From a virus: a DNA stretch of 64,000 nucleotides. The translations under genes were made by a program, and so were the position numbers. The notes under the pieces were generated by a model. It saw nothing but the letters and a program-made list of their open reading frames with translations. It was not told where the DNA came from and ran no database searches. Positions 55,089 to 64,000 of the stretch are shown here, in pieces (position 1 is the stretch's first letter; every line of letters begins with the position of its first letter). The DNA lies in IMG/VR virus record IMGVR_UViG_3300006175_000002, positions 1 through 64,000 of that record, one strand, 5' to 3'.

Positions 55089-58000
55089 GGTGTCATCTCC
55101 CTAACCAGGTCGGGCTTCTTCATACGTTTCACCTCGTCGCGCCCGCCGAGCGTGCCGACGATGCCGTGCAGGCGGGCCAGCTCGCGGAGCGCGGCGACGG
55201 GGAGCGCCTTGAGGGTGGTTTCGGTGTCGCCGCCGGCCCGCAGGTGCTGGAGGGCTTCCTGGGCGGCTTCGGTCGGACCCAACTTCGTCGGCTTCGGGGC
55301 GGTAATCGGGTCCAGGCGCTGCCCCTGGCCCGGTACGCGTTCCTCGATCTTGATGTCGTGGGCTGCGTCCACGATCGGCATGCGGCGCTCGCGGCGCCGC
55401 TGGTTCTCGGGGCCGCCGTTGATCCGGTCAATGTGGTGCTGGCGCAGCGCCAGGGCTTCCTCTTCGCTGCCGGCGTGGCCGAGGACAGCGGTCGTCTGGC
55501 CACGGTTGTTGACCTGCACCACCTGGTACTGCACCGGCCCGGCCGGGCTCGGCGGGGTTTCAGCGGCGCGTACCGCGGCCGGACGGCGCCCACGGGGCGC
55601 GATCGCGACCCGGGCCGGCACGTCCGGGGTACCCGCCGGCTGGACCGTAGCCCGTGACACCGGCACCCGCTCCCCGCCGGGCAGGGTCGCCACGTGCCCA
55701 GGCCGGACGATCTCCACCTGGCTGCCTTCACGCAACGGCTGCCCGAACGGATCGTGCGCGCCCCGATTGAACGGCACAACCTCGCCGGCGGAGCCGACCC
55801 GCTCGAGGCCGGCCTGGGTCGCCATATGGTCGGCGGCGGCGAGGAGGGTGGGCGGGTCGTCGGCGAGGGTGGCGAGGTGGGTGGTGTCGACCCCGACGCG
55901 GTTGCCGTGGGCGGTGATGCGGGCCCGTAGGGCCTGCGGTGAGGCGCCGTGGTTGACCAGTTCGTGGGCTTCGGCGACGACACCACCGACGGCGCGGGCC
56001 CGGTCGATGTGGGCCTGCCGGGTCCGGGCGGCGTCCTCCGCCGAAACGGTTGGCGTTCGCCGTTCCCGGATGGCTGCCGCTGTTTCCCGGATGTGCGTGG
56101 GCGCGCCGGGCCGGTCCATGGCGAGGATGCGATCCTCCGCCGCCCGAGTTACTTCCGACGCCACCGCAGGCGTGGCCGCCAACTGGTCGGCCCGGGCCCG
56201 CATCTCGTCGACCTGCTGTTGCTGCTCGAGTCGCCGCTGCCATTCGGCGGTCGTGGCGCCCTGGCCGGTACCGACCGGGCCGGCGGGTGTGTGGTGGCGG
56301 CGGCTGGTGGATCCGGCGGCGGGTAGCCCAGCGTCCAGGGCGCGCTGCCGAGCTGCGGCGTGGACGCGCAGCGCCTCGGCCTCCATACGCGGCGACACCA
56401 CCGGTGCGGCGGGTGCGGGTGTTGGCATGACCCGGTCGAGCAGTTCCGGGGATGCGTTCCCGCGTCGCAGCAACTCCACCTCAGTCGCCGCCGCGCTCAG
56501 CCGGTCGCCGAGCGGGGTGCCGCGATGCCGGCGCGCCTCCTGCTGCAACACCGCCGCCTCATACCCCCGGCCGCGCTGCGCGCCCGCCAGCGTGCGGAGC
56601 ACCTCCGACGTGGCCGGCTTGCCCCGCAGGGGCTGCGTAAACCGCGGGTCGGCCTCCATCTCGCGGCTGAGGTTCGCCAGGTAGGCGGACTCAACTGACC
56701 GGGCCCGGACCACGTTGCCGGGCAACACCTGCTCCGTGGTGCCATCGGCGAACCGGACCGTGGCGAGATGATGGCCGCCGACGCGGGCGGTGCCGATGTC
56801 GAGGACGGTGGCCTGCTGGTCGGTGCGGTTGTGAAGGGTGGTGGCGATGGTGACGGTGTCGCCGGGGACGAGAGCCGTTCCGTGGGCGTCGGTTTCCGGT
56901 TCCACCCCGGAGCGTGTCAGCGGCTGAATGCCTGGTGTCGGCGCGGTGTTACCTCGCCCCATCGCAATCATGTGGCGGTCGCTGTCACCGAGCCGGACCG
57001 CTGCCGCCCGGTCCCGCGAACGCAACGCCCTAGTGTTGTCGACCGGGGCCACGCGTACGCCGGGCTCCCGGGCCAACTCGCCAAGGGCCGCATCCACCTC
57101 GCCCCGGTTCAGGTCGCCGAGGTCGTCACGTAGATCGGCCAAACCAACCCAGCCGCCGGGAGCCTTGGGTCGCGCGTCGTAGGCAGCCCGAACGCGATCT
57201 TTTACCTCAGCCGTCGACCTAGTCGCCGACAAGGGTGTGACGTGGGTGCCGGGCGCCACGTACGCCACTCCCCGCCATCCGTTCGCACCACCAGGCGTTT
57301 CCGTGACCTGTACCGCGACCGCGTCACGCTTCTTACGCCCGCGGGCCCCGATGCGTACCCCGGTCGGCTGGGACACGTAGCCGCGCAGGGTGATCGGTTT
57401 CCCGTACTGGTCCTCGCCGACCACCTCGGCGTAGTTGCCGTGCTTCAACTGCTCCACCGGGACCGTTGTGGCCGGCGGGGGTAGGCGCTCGAGCCAGTTT
57501 CCGCCGCGCATAGCCGCCGAGTCGAGACGCGCCCCGACGGTGGCGTGGACGATTCCCTCCCGGCGCTGCCCCACCGGCCCCCGACTGACTGACAGGTGAT
57601 CGGCGAGGGCTTGCAGCTCTTTGCCCTTGATGCCGGCCACGTACTGGCGGGCCTCGTCCCGCGACGACATGGCGTGCAACCGGTCGTAGTGCTCGGCCGG
57701 GGTGGGTGTGCGGGGCACCGTATGCGTCAACTCGCGGGGCAGCCCTGGCGGGAAAACGTCGGGCGTGATGTCCTCTGGCCCTTTGCCGAGGCCGAGCCAC
57801 CGGTTGCGTTCCTCTGGGGGCATGGCGTCCCAGATTCGCAGCTTCTGGGCGTTCGTGTACTTCCGGGGCCGCGCCATCGGCGTCTCGGGCTTCTTCGGCG
57901 CGGCGCCCGGTGGGACGTAGCCGGACAGCATGTCTGCGGACACCATGCCACCGCTACCGTCGTCGAACTCCACATGGTGGGCGCTGCCGCCGCCAGCGCG

Positions 58001-58861
58001 GCCGGTGGAGTCCATGTCGTCGGGTCCGCCGTAGATGACCGGGCCACGGTTCCGGTGGATGAGTCGGTCCCCGACCTTCCACCCCGACCGGATCTGCGTA
58101 TCCCGGGCAGCATGCCCCGTCAGCTCGGGCGTTGCCGGCTTGGCTGCTGCTTCCAGCCGCGCGGCGAGCGCCCCGGCCCGGGTGTGGATCTCGTCGCCCG
58201 GCTGGCTCCGACGCGGCCCCTGCAACCGGGCCAACGCCTCCCGAACCGCAGTCCTGTCCTCGTCGGACATCGCCCGCCAGTCCGGGCCGGTCAACGCCTC
58301 CATGGGCCGTATCGCGCTGTACGGGTTGCCGCTCCACGAATGGGTCGCCGCTTCCCTCGCCCGCTCGATCCGGGCCGACTGGCCACCAGCAGCGACCGCG
58401 GCGCGGGACGCGTCCCGCGCCGCCCGCTCCTCCGGGCCGGTCCCCGAGCCGTGCCCGGGTCGGCCGATGAAGTGCGACCCGCCTACGCCCGGCGCTTCCG
58501 GCTTGTGCTCGAACGCGTGGTACCCCGAGTCGAACTGGATCCCGACCGTTTTCGATCCCCGGCGGGTCATCACGCCGCGGCCCAGTTCGGGGTGATGCAC
58601 CTCGAACGGGTGCGTCAGCTTCGCCGGCCCGACGTAGATCCACCCGTGGATGTAGCCCTTCGGACCGACTTTGATCAGATCAGCGGTGACCGTCTTCACC
58701 CACGTCGGGTACGGCAACTCCAACCCGAACGCGTCGCCCTCACCAGCCCACTCCGACCACGCCGCCCGGCCCAGCCCACCCATCTTCGACAGGGCAGGCT
58801 CCCGCGCCGACCAGTCAGCGCGCAACTCCTGGTACACGGCCAGCAGCGACGTGTCAGTCAC
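55076..58861 (-). CDS. Large mosaic head-associated protein (putative internal cargo)
   Basis: N-terminus resembles an internal protease segment; LIKVGPKGYIHGW; Tudor-like, wHTH, GrpE-like and HEH-like modules. Confidence 0.7.
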   Translation of the reverse strand: MTDTSLLAVYQELRADWSAREPALSKMGGLGRAAWSEWAGEGDAFGLELPYPTWVKTVTADLIKVGPKGYIHGWIYVGPAKLTHPFEVHHPELGRGVMTRRGSKTVGIQFDSGYHAFEHKPEAPGVGGSHFIGRPGHGSGTGPEERAARDASRAAVAAGGQSARIERAREAATHSWSGNPYSAIRPMEALTGPDWRAMSDEDRTAVREALARLQGPRRSQPGDEIHTRAGALAARLEAAAKPATPELTGHAARDTQIRSGWKVGDRLIHRNRGPVIYGGPDDMDSTGRAGGGSAHHVEFDDGSGGMVSADMLSGYVPPGAAPKKPETPMARPRKYTNAQKLRIWDAMPPEERNRWLGLGKGPEDITPDVFPPGLPRELTHTVPRTPTPAEHYDRLHAMSSRDEARQYVAGIKGKELQALADHLSVSRGPVGQRREGIVHATVGARLDSAAMRGGNWLERLPPPATTVPVEQLKHGNYAEVVGEDQYGKPITLRGYVSQPTGVRIGARGRKKRDAVAVQVTETPGGANGWRGVAYVAPGTHVTPLSATRSTAEVKDRVRAAYDARPKAPGGWVGLADLRDDLGDLNRGEVDAALGELAREPGVRVAPVDNTRALRSRDRAAAVRLGDSDRHMIAMGRGNTAPTPGIQPLTRSGVEPETDAHGTALVPGDTVTIATTLHNRTDQQATVLDIGTARVGGHHLATVRFADGTTEQVLPGNVVRARSVESAYLANLSREMEADPRFTQPLRGKPATSEVLRTLAGAQRGRGYEAAVLQQEARRHRGTPLGDRLSAAATEVELLRRGNASPELLDRVMPTPAPAAPVVSPRMEAEALRVHAAARQRALDAGLPAAGSTSRRHHTPAGPVGTGQGATTAEWQRRLEQQQQVDEMRARADQLAATPAVASEVTRAAEDRILAMDRPGAPTHIRETAAAIRERRTPTVSAEDAARTRQAHIDRARAVGGVVAEAHELVNHGASPQALRARITAHGNRVGVDTTHLATLADDPPTLLAAADHMATQAGLERVGSAGEVVPFNRGAHDPFGQPLREGSQVEIVRPGHVATLPGGERVPVSRATVQPAGTPDVPARVAIAPRGRRPAAVRAAETPPSPAGPVQYQVVQVNNRGQTTAVLGHAGSEEEALALRQHHIDRINGGPENQRRRERRMPIVDAAHDIKIEERVPGQGQRLDPITAPKPTKLGPTEAAQEALQHLRAGGDTETTLKALPVAALRELARLHGIVGTLGGRDEVKRMKKPDLVREMTPWLS

Positions 58862-58903
58862 CAGCGCACCCTCCGGCCGTGATGGAAAGATTCGATCATT
58901 GCG

Positions 58904-60100
58904 TTACTTATGGCCGCGTTCCATTGCGGCGTGTGTGGCCGGGTAGAACCCGAGGGCCCCCTTGTGGCGCAGGTTGCAGAACCCCTTGGCCTGGTCCGGG
59001 CGCATGTGCTCCGCCGCGATCGCCACGCACCGGTCGAAGTCGCCGTCCGTGCCCCACCCGATTCGGGCTGCGCCTTCGCCGTGCTCGTACCAGCGGATCA
59101 GATGCCGGGCCCGGTACTCGCCCACGTCACCCTCGTGGTCTTTGGTGAGCAGGGCGCGGCGGGCCAGCTCCTCCACGAGCTGGATGCCTTTGGGGGTCAG
59201 GAACTGGCCGTCTGCGACCTTGTCGGCGTGCTGCTCGTGGTGCAGGGCGTGTTGTAGGTTCTTCGCGGCTTCCTCGACGGTGATCCCGGCGGCGTCGGCG
59301 GCGGCTTGCAGGTCCTCGATCGTGATGTGCCGGTGGTCGTCGTGTCCGTTGTGCGGCATGTCGCAGCCGCAGGTAAGGCACTTGTTGATCGGCGCCGCGG
59401 GTAGCAATCTAAGGATCTTCCCGAGATCGTCACCAAGCTCCGGGCGCAACGCCGGATTGTCAGCCAAGTGCGCCGGATCCCACCACACGAGGGCTTCGAT
59501 CCGGTCCCGGTCCGGGTCGTCCGGGTTCGTCACGTGATCCCGGTCGCCAAAGATCGGCACGTCCGCCTCATGCGGGATCGTGAGGACGTAACCGTGGTAC
59601 ACGCCGTTATCGCTGACCCACTCCCCGCCCGGCGTGCCCTTCGGCACAGGGCAGCCCGTCTCCTCCGCCCACTCGCGGCGAGCAGCGTCGATCGGCTTCT
59701 CCCCGGGGTCTAGTCGCCCACCGGGGAACTCCCACGTCCCCGCGGCCGGGTCCTCGTCGCCGTCCTCCGGCAGGGCGCGCTGAAGCATCAGAACCCGGCC
59801 CGTGTCGGCGGCGCGCACAGCCAGGCCTGCCGCGTCGGGGGTCTTCCCCGCCTTCGTCGCTGGCTTGTCCGAACCGGCACCACCCATGATTTCCTGTGCC
59901 CGCTGGTGGAACTCGTCGTCGTCGCCGTCGATGTCCACGTAGTGCAGGTTGTAGTCCGACTTCGCCCCCCGCGGGTGGAACGGGCCGTCAAGGTGCCGCT
60001 GCGACCACTGATCCTGCCACGTGGCAAGCGCGGCGAGCCGTTGGCGTACGTCGTCAGGCGGCGGCACAGGGGGTGTGGTGTGGCGTTTCTTCACAGCCAT
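58904..60100 (-). CDS. NUDIX hydrolase-domain head protein with additional Cys/His domains
   Basis: WEFPGGRLDPGE....AARREWAEETG Nudix box; C..CGC; WG..GDF.RC...C..H. Confidence 0.85.
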   Translation of the reverse strand: MAVKKRHTTPPVPPPDDVRQRLAALATWQDQWSQRHLDGPFHPRGAKSDYNLHYVDIDGDDDEFHQRAQEIMGGAGSDKPATKAGKTPDAAGLAVRAADTGRVLMLQRALPEDGDEDPAAGTWEFPGGRLDPGEKPIDAARREWAEETGCPVPKGTPGGEWVSDNGVYHGYVLTIPHEADVPIFGDRDHVTNPDDPDRDRIEALVWWDPAHLADNPALRPELGDDLGKILRLLPAAPINKCLTCGCDMPHNGHDDHRHITIEDLQAAADAAGITVEEAAKNLQHALHHEQHADKVADGQFLTPKGIQLVEELARRALLTKDHEGDVGEYRARHLIRWYEHGEGAARIGWGTDGDFDRCVAIAAEHMRPDQAKGFCNLRHKGALGFYPATHAAMERGHK

Positions 60101-63100
60101 TTCACACCCTCCCAGTCGGAGCCGAGGAGGGCCAGCTTGCCGGGCCACGTGTCGTCGCGGCCGGCGCCGGCGGGTCGGCCCAGTTGGGAAATCTCGAACG
60201 GTGTGACGTGCTCACCCGCGTCGATCCTCGCTAGGAGGGCTTTCGCTTCCCGCCGTTCGGGAGTATCGGGCGACGAGTCGAGCGCATGCATACCGATGGC
60301 TGTATGTGCGTCGTCGTAGAACTCATAGCTTCCCAGGCTTTCGCCGTTGGTCGTGACGGTGTAGTTGCCGTCCTTGTCGAAGTCGACATGGTAGTCGTGC
60401 GAACGGTGAGGAGCGATGGCTTGGACGAGACGATCCCGGATTGAGCTGGGGACCTTGCCGTCGCGCCACGTGTACCCGGCTCTCGACCAGGCGTAGCCTC
60501 CAACATCAATGTCGGCGCGGAGTTCGATCCGCTGGATGCCGGATTCGCGGTACCAGTCTTCGAGCTGCCGGTTGAAGCTCTGCGCGAATCCTTGCCCACG
60601 AGTGTCGGCGCTGACCTTGAGCAGTACGTGGGTGGCGAACAGGTTCCCGTCCTCGTCCCGGCCGATGGTCCGCACGGCGTGGCCGATCTGCTGGCCGGTG
60701 TGGTCGTGAATGGACAGGTCGGCCTCAAAGTACCCATCGTCGGCGGCGAGTTTCTTCAGCTTGACCGACAGTCCACCGTGGACGCCTTCAAACACGTTCT
60801 TCGCGGCGTCGAGTGCGGCGGGGTCGGTGACCTCCTTACCGTTGGCGCTGGACACGTCGTCGAGGAGGTCTTTGGCTAGTTTCTTCTTGCCGTCTTTCGC
60901 GGCTTGCGGTGCCCTGTGCCTGCCCGCACCGTGCGTCTTGTTGGGTGCGATCCCGGCGGCGTGCGGGAATGTGCGTTCCTTCCCGTCCGGGAATATGACC
61001 TTGATGCGGGTTTTCGTGACCCCGGTGACGTGGCCCTTCCCGAATCCCTTGTGGTCGATGGTGGTGCCGACGGCGGTCGGGCCGTGCCATACCCAGCCGT
61101 GCGACCAGGGGTGCTCTTTCCAGTCTCGCGGGCCCGGTGGCAGCCGCCCTTTGTCCAGGTCGGCGCCGGCTATCTTGTTCGCTGGGTCGGCGCCGTGGTG
61201 GAACTGCCACACATGCGTCTCATCCCACGGCCCACCGTCGGCATCGACGGTGCCGACGTAGGCGCGTACCGGCTGCCCGTTTTCGCGGGCGGCGAGGGTG
61301 CGGTGGTGCCCGTCGATGATTTTGATTTTGTCGCCGCCGGGTTCCTGGACCGCAACGACGGGCTTGACGTCGTTGCCCTTGCGGAGTTGCTTCGCGAAGT
61401 GCTTGACCCGCGCCTTGTCGTGGCTGGCAGCCCACCGGTCGATGTCGTCGAAGTCGATGCTGTCCAGCGGCACATCGACCGGGCCGGACCACTGGGCGCC
61501 CTTCATCCAGCCGAGCGCTTTCGGCGGGTAGTTCTCCCGCATCTGCTGCGTCACCGCAGCGCCCGGGTCGGGCTCGTCGTCCTTGGCGGCCTTCGTGACC
61601 AGCCACGTCCGCAGCGCGTTCGCGCCGCGGGTCGCCGCAGTCAGAATGTCCTTCAACAGCCCCATCAGCCAGCTGCGCTGCGCTTCGGCCCGCTCGTCGG
61701 CGAGGTCGGCCAGCACCAGCGCCAGCGCCGCGTTCGGGTCGTCGTCGTTCAGGGCGCGACGGATCGCCTGCGCGTCCTGGGCCCGCTGGTCCGCGGCGGC
61801 GAGCTGCTCAGGTGTGGGAGTGGTGTCGGCGTGACGGAGTTGGATCGCCTCGACCTCGGCGGGGCTGGCCAGCCGATACGCCAGCCGGCACCGGCAGCGC
61901 GGACCGCCCTCGCACACGGTAGCGTCGGCGCCGAACCCGCCCTGGCCGGGCATGCCGGGCAGCGTGTCGGCGGTGTGGAGCATCGTGGACCAGGTGTCGC
62001 ACAGGTCGCACGCGTCGGGTCGGGCGTGCCACTCGATGACGATGTTGTCGGGGTTGTCGTGGGCGCCGATCGTGGCGAGCCCGTACCCCATCTCGTACGC
62101 CTGCGCGACGGTGCCGGCGTACAACCCGAACCGGCCGTCGAGCCCATCAACCCAGCCCGGCCCGTCGCCGGTGGCTTTGGTCGCCCACGCGGTGCGCTGG
62201 GTGGCCCGGCCGGCGTCGACCAGGGCGTGACCGGTACCGAGCCGCAACCCCTCGTGGATGCTCGAGCGGAGCAGCGCCACGGCGGCGTCGATGAACCCGG
62301 GCGTGGACAGCGACCCGTCTCCGACCTGCGCGGCGAGGTCGTGGAGACTGTTGATGACCTGCTGCTGCGTGGCGGCGAGCGCGGTGTCCCGGCGTTGGCG
62401 CTGGCCGGCGTCCTTTACCACCATCCGAGCCTTGGCCACGTCACCGTCGGCGCGGAGCGTGTCGAACACGTCGGCGGGTAGGTGCCGGTTTACCCACCCG
62501 TTCAGGCCAGCACCTTTGGTAAGGCGGTGGCCGATGAGGTCCAGCTCCCGGAGTGCGGCGGGCACGTCGACCGTGGTGACGAGGCGCGGGCCGCGGTCGA
62601 ACGCGGCCTTGACCTGCTCGACCGGCTCGTCGTCTTCGTAGAAGGTGCCGAGGTCGGCGCCCTTGGCCAGCAGCGCCCGCTGCACATACCGGTCGGCCGC
62701 CTTGTTGATCGGCTTACGGTCCAACGGCGAGTCCGGATCCTGATGCGCCAGGACTGGTTTCGGCAACGGCTTCGGATGCGCCGGCAGCATCTGCCCACCC
62801 GCCGCCGCCTGCGCACCGGCGTGCGCCGGTGTCGGCGCGCCCCCGCCGGGACCTTTCGGCCCGTTCGGACCCTTCGGCTTCGGCTTGCCCCCGCCGCCGC
62901 CCGGCTTGCCCGGACCACCCGGGCCGCCACCGAACGCGGGCGGCGCACCCGGCACCACACCCGCAGCGGCCTGCATCGCGTTCGCCGGCGGTGCCCCGAC
63001 CGGCGCACCCGTAGACATGTCGATAGACCCGAGCGGCGTAATGCCCGTCGCGGTGAAGTACACCGGCTCGCTGGTCATCGGAATTCCCCACGGCTGGTGG

Positions 63101-64000
63101 CCGCGGATAACTCGCGCCTCATCAATGCTAACCAGACCGTGCGTCATTTCGTTGACGAGTACCTCCACCGTGGCGGCCTCGTCCTCGCCTTCCTCCAGCC
63201 CTTCCCAATGCCATTGCATGTCGGGTTGGCCCATGTGCTCACGGATCGCGTAGTCGAAAATGTTTGCTTTCAACCACTTCAGCAGCGGCTTCAACGCCTT
63301 CCGCTCGTTGATTTTCTCGCTGGCTTTCGCGATCTGCGACGCCGCACCCATCGCTGACTTCGACCCCGATGTGGAGATCCCCAACTCCATCGGCATCACG
63401 TCGAACGCCATACACACCTGCGTCATGACGATCTCGTCGAACTGGTCAGCCAGCGGTGTCGGCCTGATCGGGTCGATTTTCGACCCACCCGGAATCACGA
63501 TGATCTTATGTTTCCACGCGGGGTCGCCGGCCATCGCGTTCAACGCGTCCTGCAACTCGCGGCACTGGTTCGGCGTGGAGTTCGGATCCCCGGTCGACAG
63601 GAAAATCCCCGGCGTCGACCCCTGCGAGTAGTAGTCGAGCTGCCACTGTTGGCGTTGCAGACCGGACGTGATCGGTACCAGCGCCTGCTCGATCAGCGAC
63701 AACCCGTACGGCGTCCACGAGCGGGGCGTGAACGGCAGGTACATCATCTGGTCGGCGCGGTACTCAGTCGTCAACGCGTCTTTCATGTCCTTGACGTCTT
63801 CGCCCATCCACGACGTCATCAGGTCAACGCGGGGTACCCCGTACTGGTAGATCTGCCATGCCGGGTTCGGTGGCTGCGGGATCCCGCCGCGCAGGTCCAG
63901 CATCGGCCGCACAATGTCGCCGGAGATCAGGCACAGCGCGCCGAGGTTCGACCCGGGAATCCCGCGGGCCTTGCCCCGCTGCCGGGACGGTTGCAGGTAC
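60091..64000 (-). CDS. Portal protein fused to MuF-like, ParB-like, HGW/Tudor-like and GNAT domains (5' end outside window)
   Basis: Frame open to 64000; YGLS.IE, Y..G..P, C.AF.V.P.ELG, ...DEAR...G; C..C...CRC; IIDGHHR; RGQGFA...GGYAW. Confidence 0.85.
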   Translation of the reverse strand, partial: YLQPSRQRGKARGIPGSNLGALCLISGDIVRPMLDLRGGIPQPPNPAWQIYQYGVPRVDLMTSWMGEDVKDMKDALTTEYRADQMMYLPFTPRSWTPYGLSLIEQALVPITSGLQRQQWQLDYYSQGSTPGIFLSTGDPNSTPNQCRELQDALNAMAGDPAWKHKIIVIPGGSKIDPIRPTPLADQFDEIVMTQVCMAFDVMPMELGISTSGSKSAMGAASQIAKASEKINERKALKPLLKWLKANIFDYAIREHMGQPDMQWHWEGLEEGEDEAATVEVLVNEMTHGLVSIDEARVIRGHQPWGIPMTSEPVYFTATGITPLGSIDMSTGAPVGAPPANAMQAAAGVVPGAPPAFGGGPGGPGKPGGGGGKPKPKGPNGPKGPGGGAPTPAHAGAQAAAGGQMLPAHPKPLPKPVLAHQDPDSPLDRKPINKAADRYVQRALLAKGADLGTFYEDDEPVEQVKAAFDRGPRLVTTVDVPAALRELDLIGHRLTKGAGLNGWVNRHLPADVFDTLRADGDVAKARMVVKDAGQRQRRDTALAATQQQVINSLHDLAAQVGDGSLSTPGFIDAAVALLRSSIHEGLRLGTGHALVDAGRATQRTAWATKATGDGPGWVDGLDGRFGLYAGTVAQAYEMGYGLATIGAHDNPDNIVIEWHARPDACDLCDTWSTMLHTADTLPGMPGQGGFGADATVCEGGPRCRCRLAYRLASPAEVEAIQLRHADTTPTPEQLAAADQRAQDAQAIRRALNDDDPNAALALVLADLADERAEAQRSWLMGLLKDILTAATRGANALRTWLVTKAAKDDEPDPGAAVTQQMRENYPPKALGWMKGAQWSGPVDVPLDSIDFDDIDRWAASHDKARVKHFAKQLRKGNDVKPVVAVQEPGGDKIKIIDGHHRTLAARENGQPVRAYVGTVDADGGPWDETHVWQFHHGADPANKIAGADLDKGRLPPGPRDWKEHPWSHGWVWHGPTAVGTTIDHKGFGKGHVTGVTKTRIKVIFPDGKERTFPHAAGIAPNKTHGAGRHRAPQAAKDGKKKLAKDLLDDVSSANGKEVTDPAALDAAKNVFEGVHGGLSVKLKKLAADDGYFEADLSIHDHTGQQIGHAVRTIGRDEDGNLFATHVLLKVSADTRGQGFAQSFNRQLEDWYRESGIQRIELRADIDVGGYAWSRAGYTWRDGKVPSSIRDRLVQAIAPHRSHDYHVDFDKDGNYTVTTNGESLGSYEFYDDAHTAIGMHALDSSPDTPERREAKALLARIDAGEHVTPFEISQLGRPAGAGRDDTWPGKLALLGSDWEGVKWL

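Noticed and set aside
1-64000. Integrase, att site, terminase or reverse transcriptase/DGR
   Set aside because: No recognisable motifs were seen. These may lie outside the window, so the phage lifestyle cannot be determined here.

Overview
High-GC (roughly 68-70%) tailed-phage or prophage DNA from an actinomycete-type host, probably a siphovirus. Both ends cut through genes. There are three blocks. (1) 1-18959, minus strand: replication, recombination and nucleotide genes. These include a DnaB-N/AAA replication protein with internal iterons, an XF1762-like, PAPS-reductase-like and DUF5131 trio, HNH, DUF2303, a RusA-like resolvase, MazG, a DEDDh exonuclease, a Gp3-like recombinase plus PD-(D/E)XK nuclease, SLOG, and several HTH regulators including a BldC-like one. 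(2) 19009-24867, plus strand: an early or accessory operon of very small ORFs, many separated by tRNA-like RNA elements. These have an acceptor-like stem and a canonical T-arm but no normal anticodon arm, and they abut the motif CGAAAGGAGGT (Shine-Dalgarno). (3) 24958-64000, minus strand: lysis, tail and head genes. The head module is greatly expanded. It holds a portal-MuF-ParB-GNAT fusion, a NUDIX protein, three large mosaic proteins and a 1410-aa prohead protease/scaffold. Their N-termini reuse segments of the protease/scaffold, followed by an LxK motif and an HGW motif, which suggests a tag-and-cleave capsid cargo-loading system. No integrase, terminase or CRISPR array is visible. Family names come from motif recognition by eye, not from database searches.
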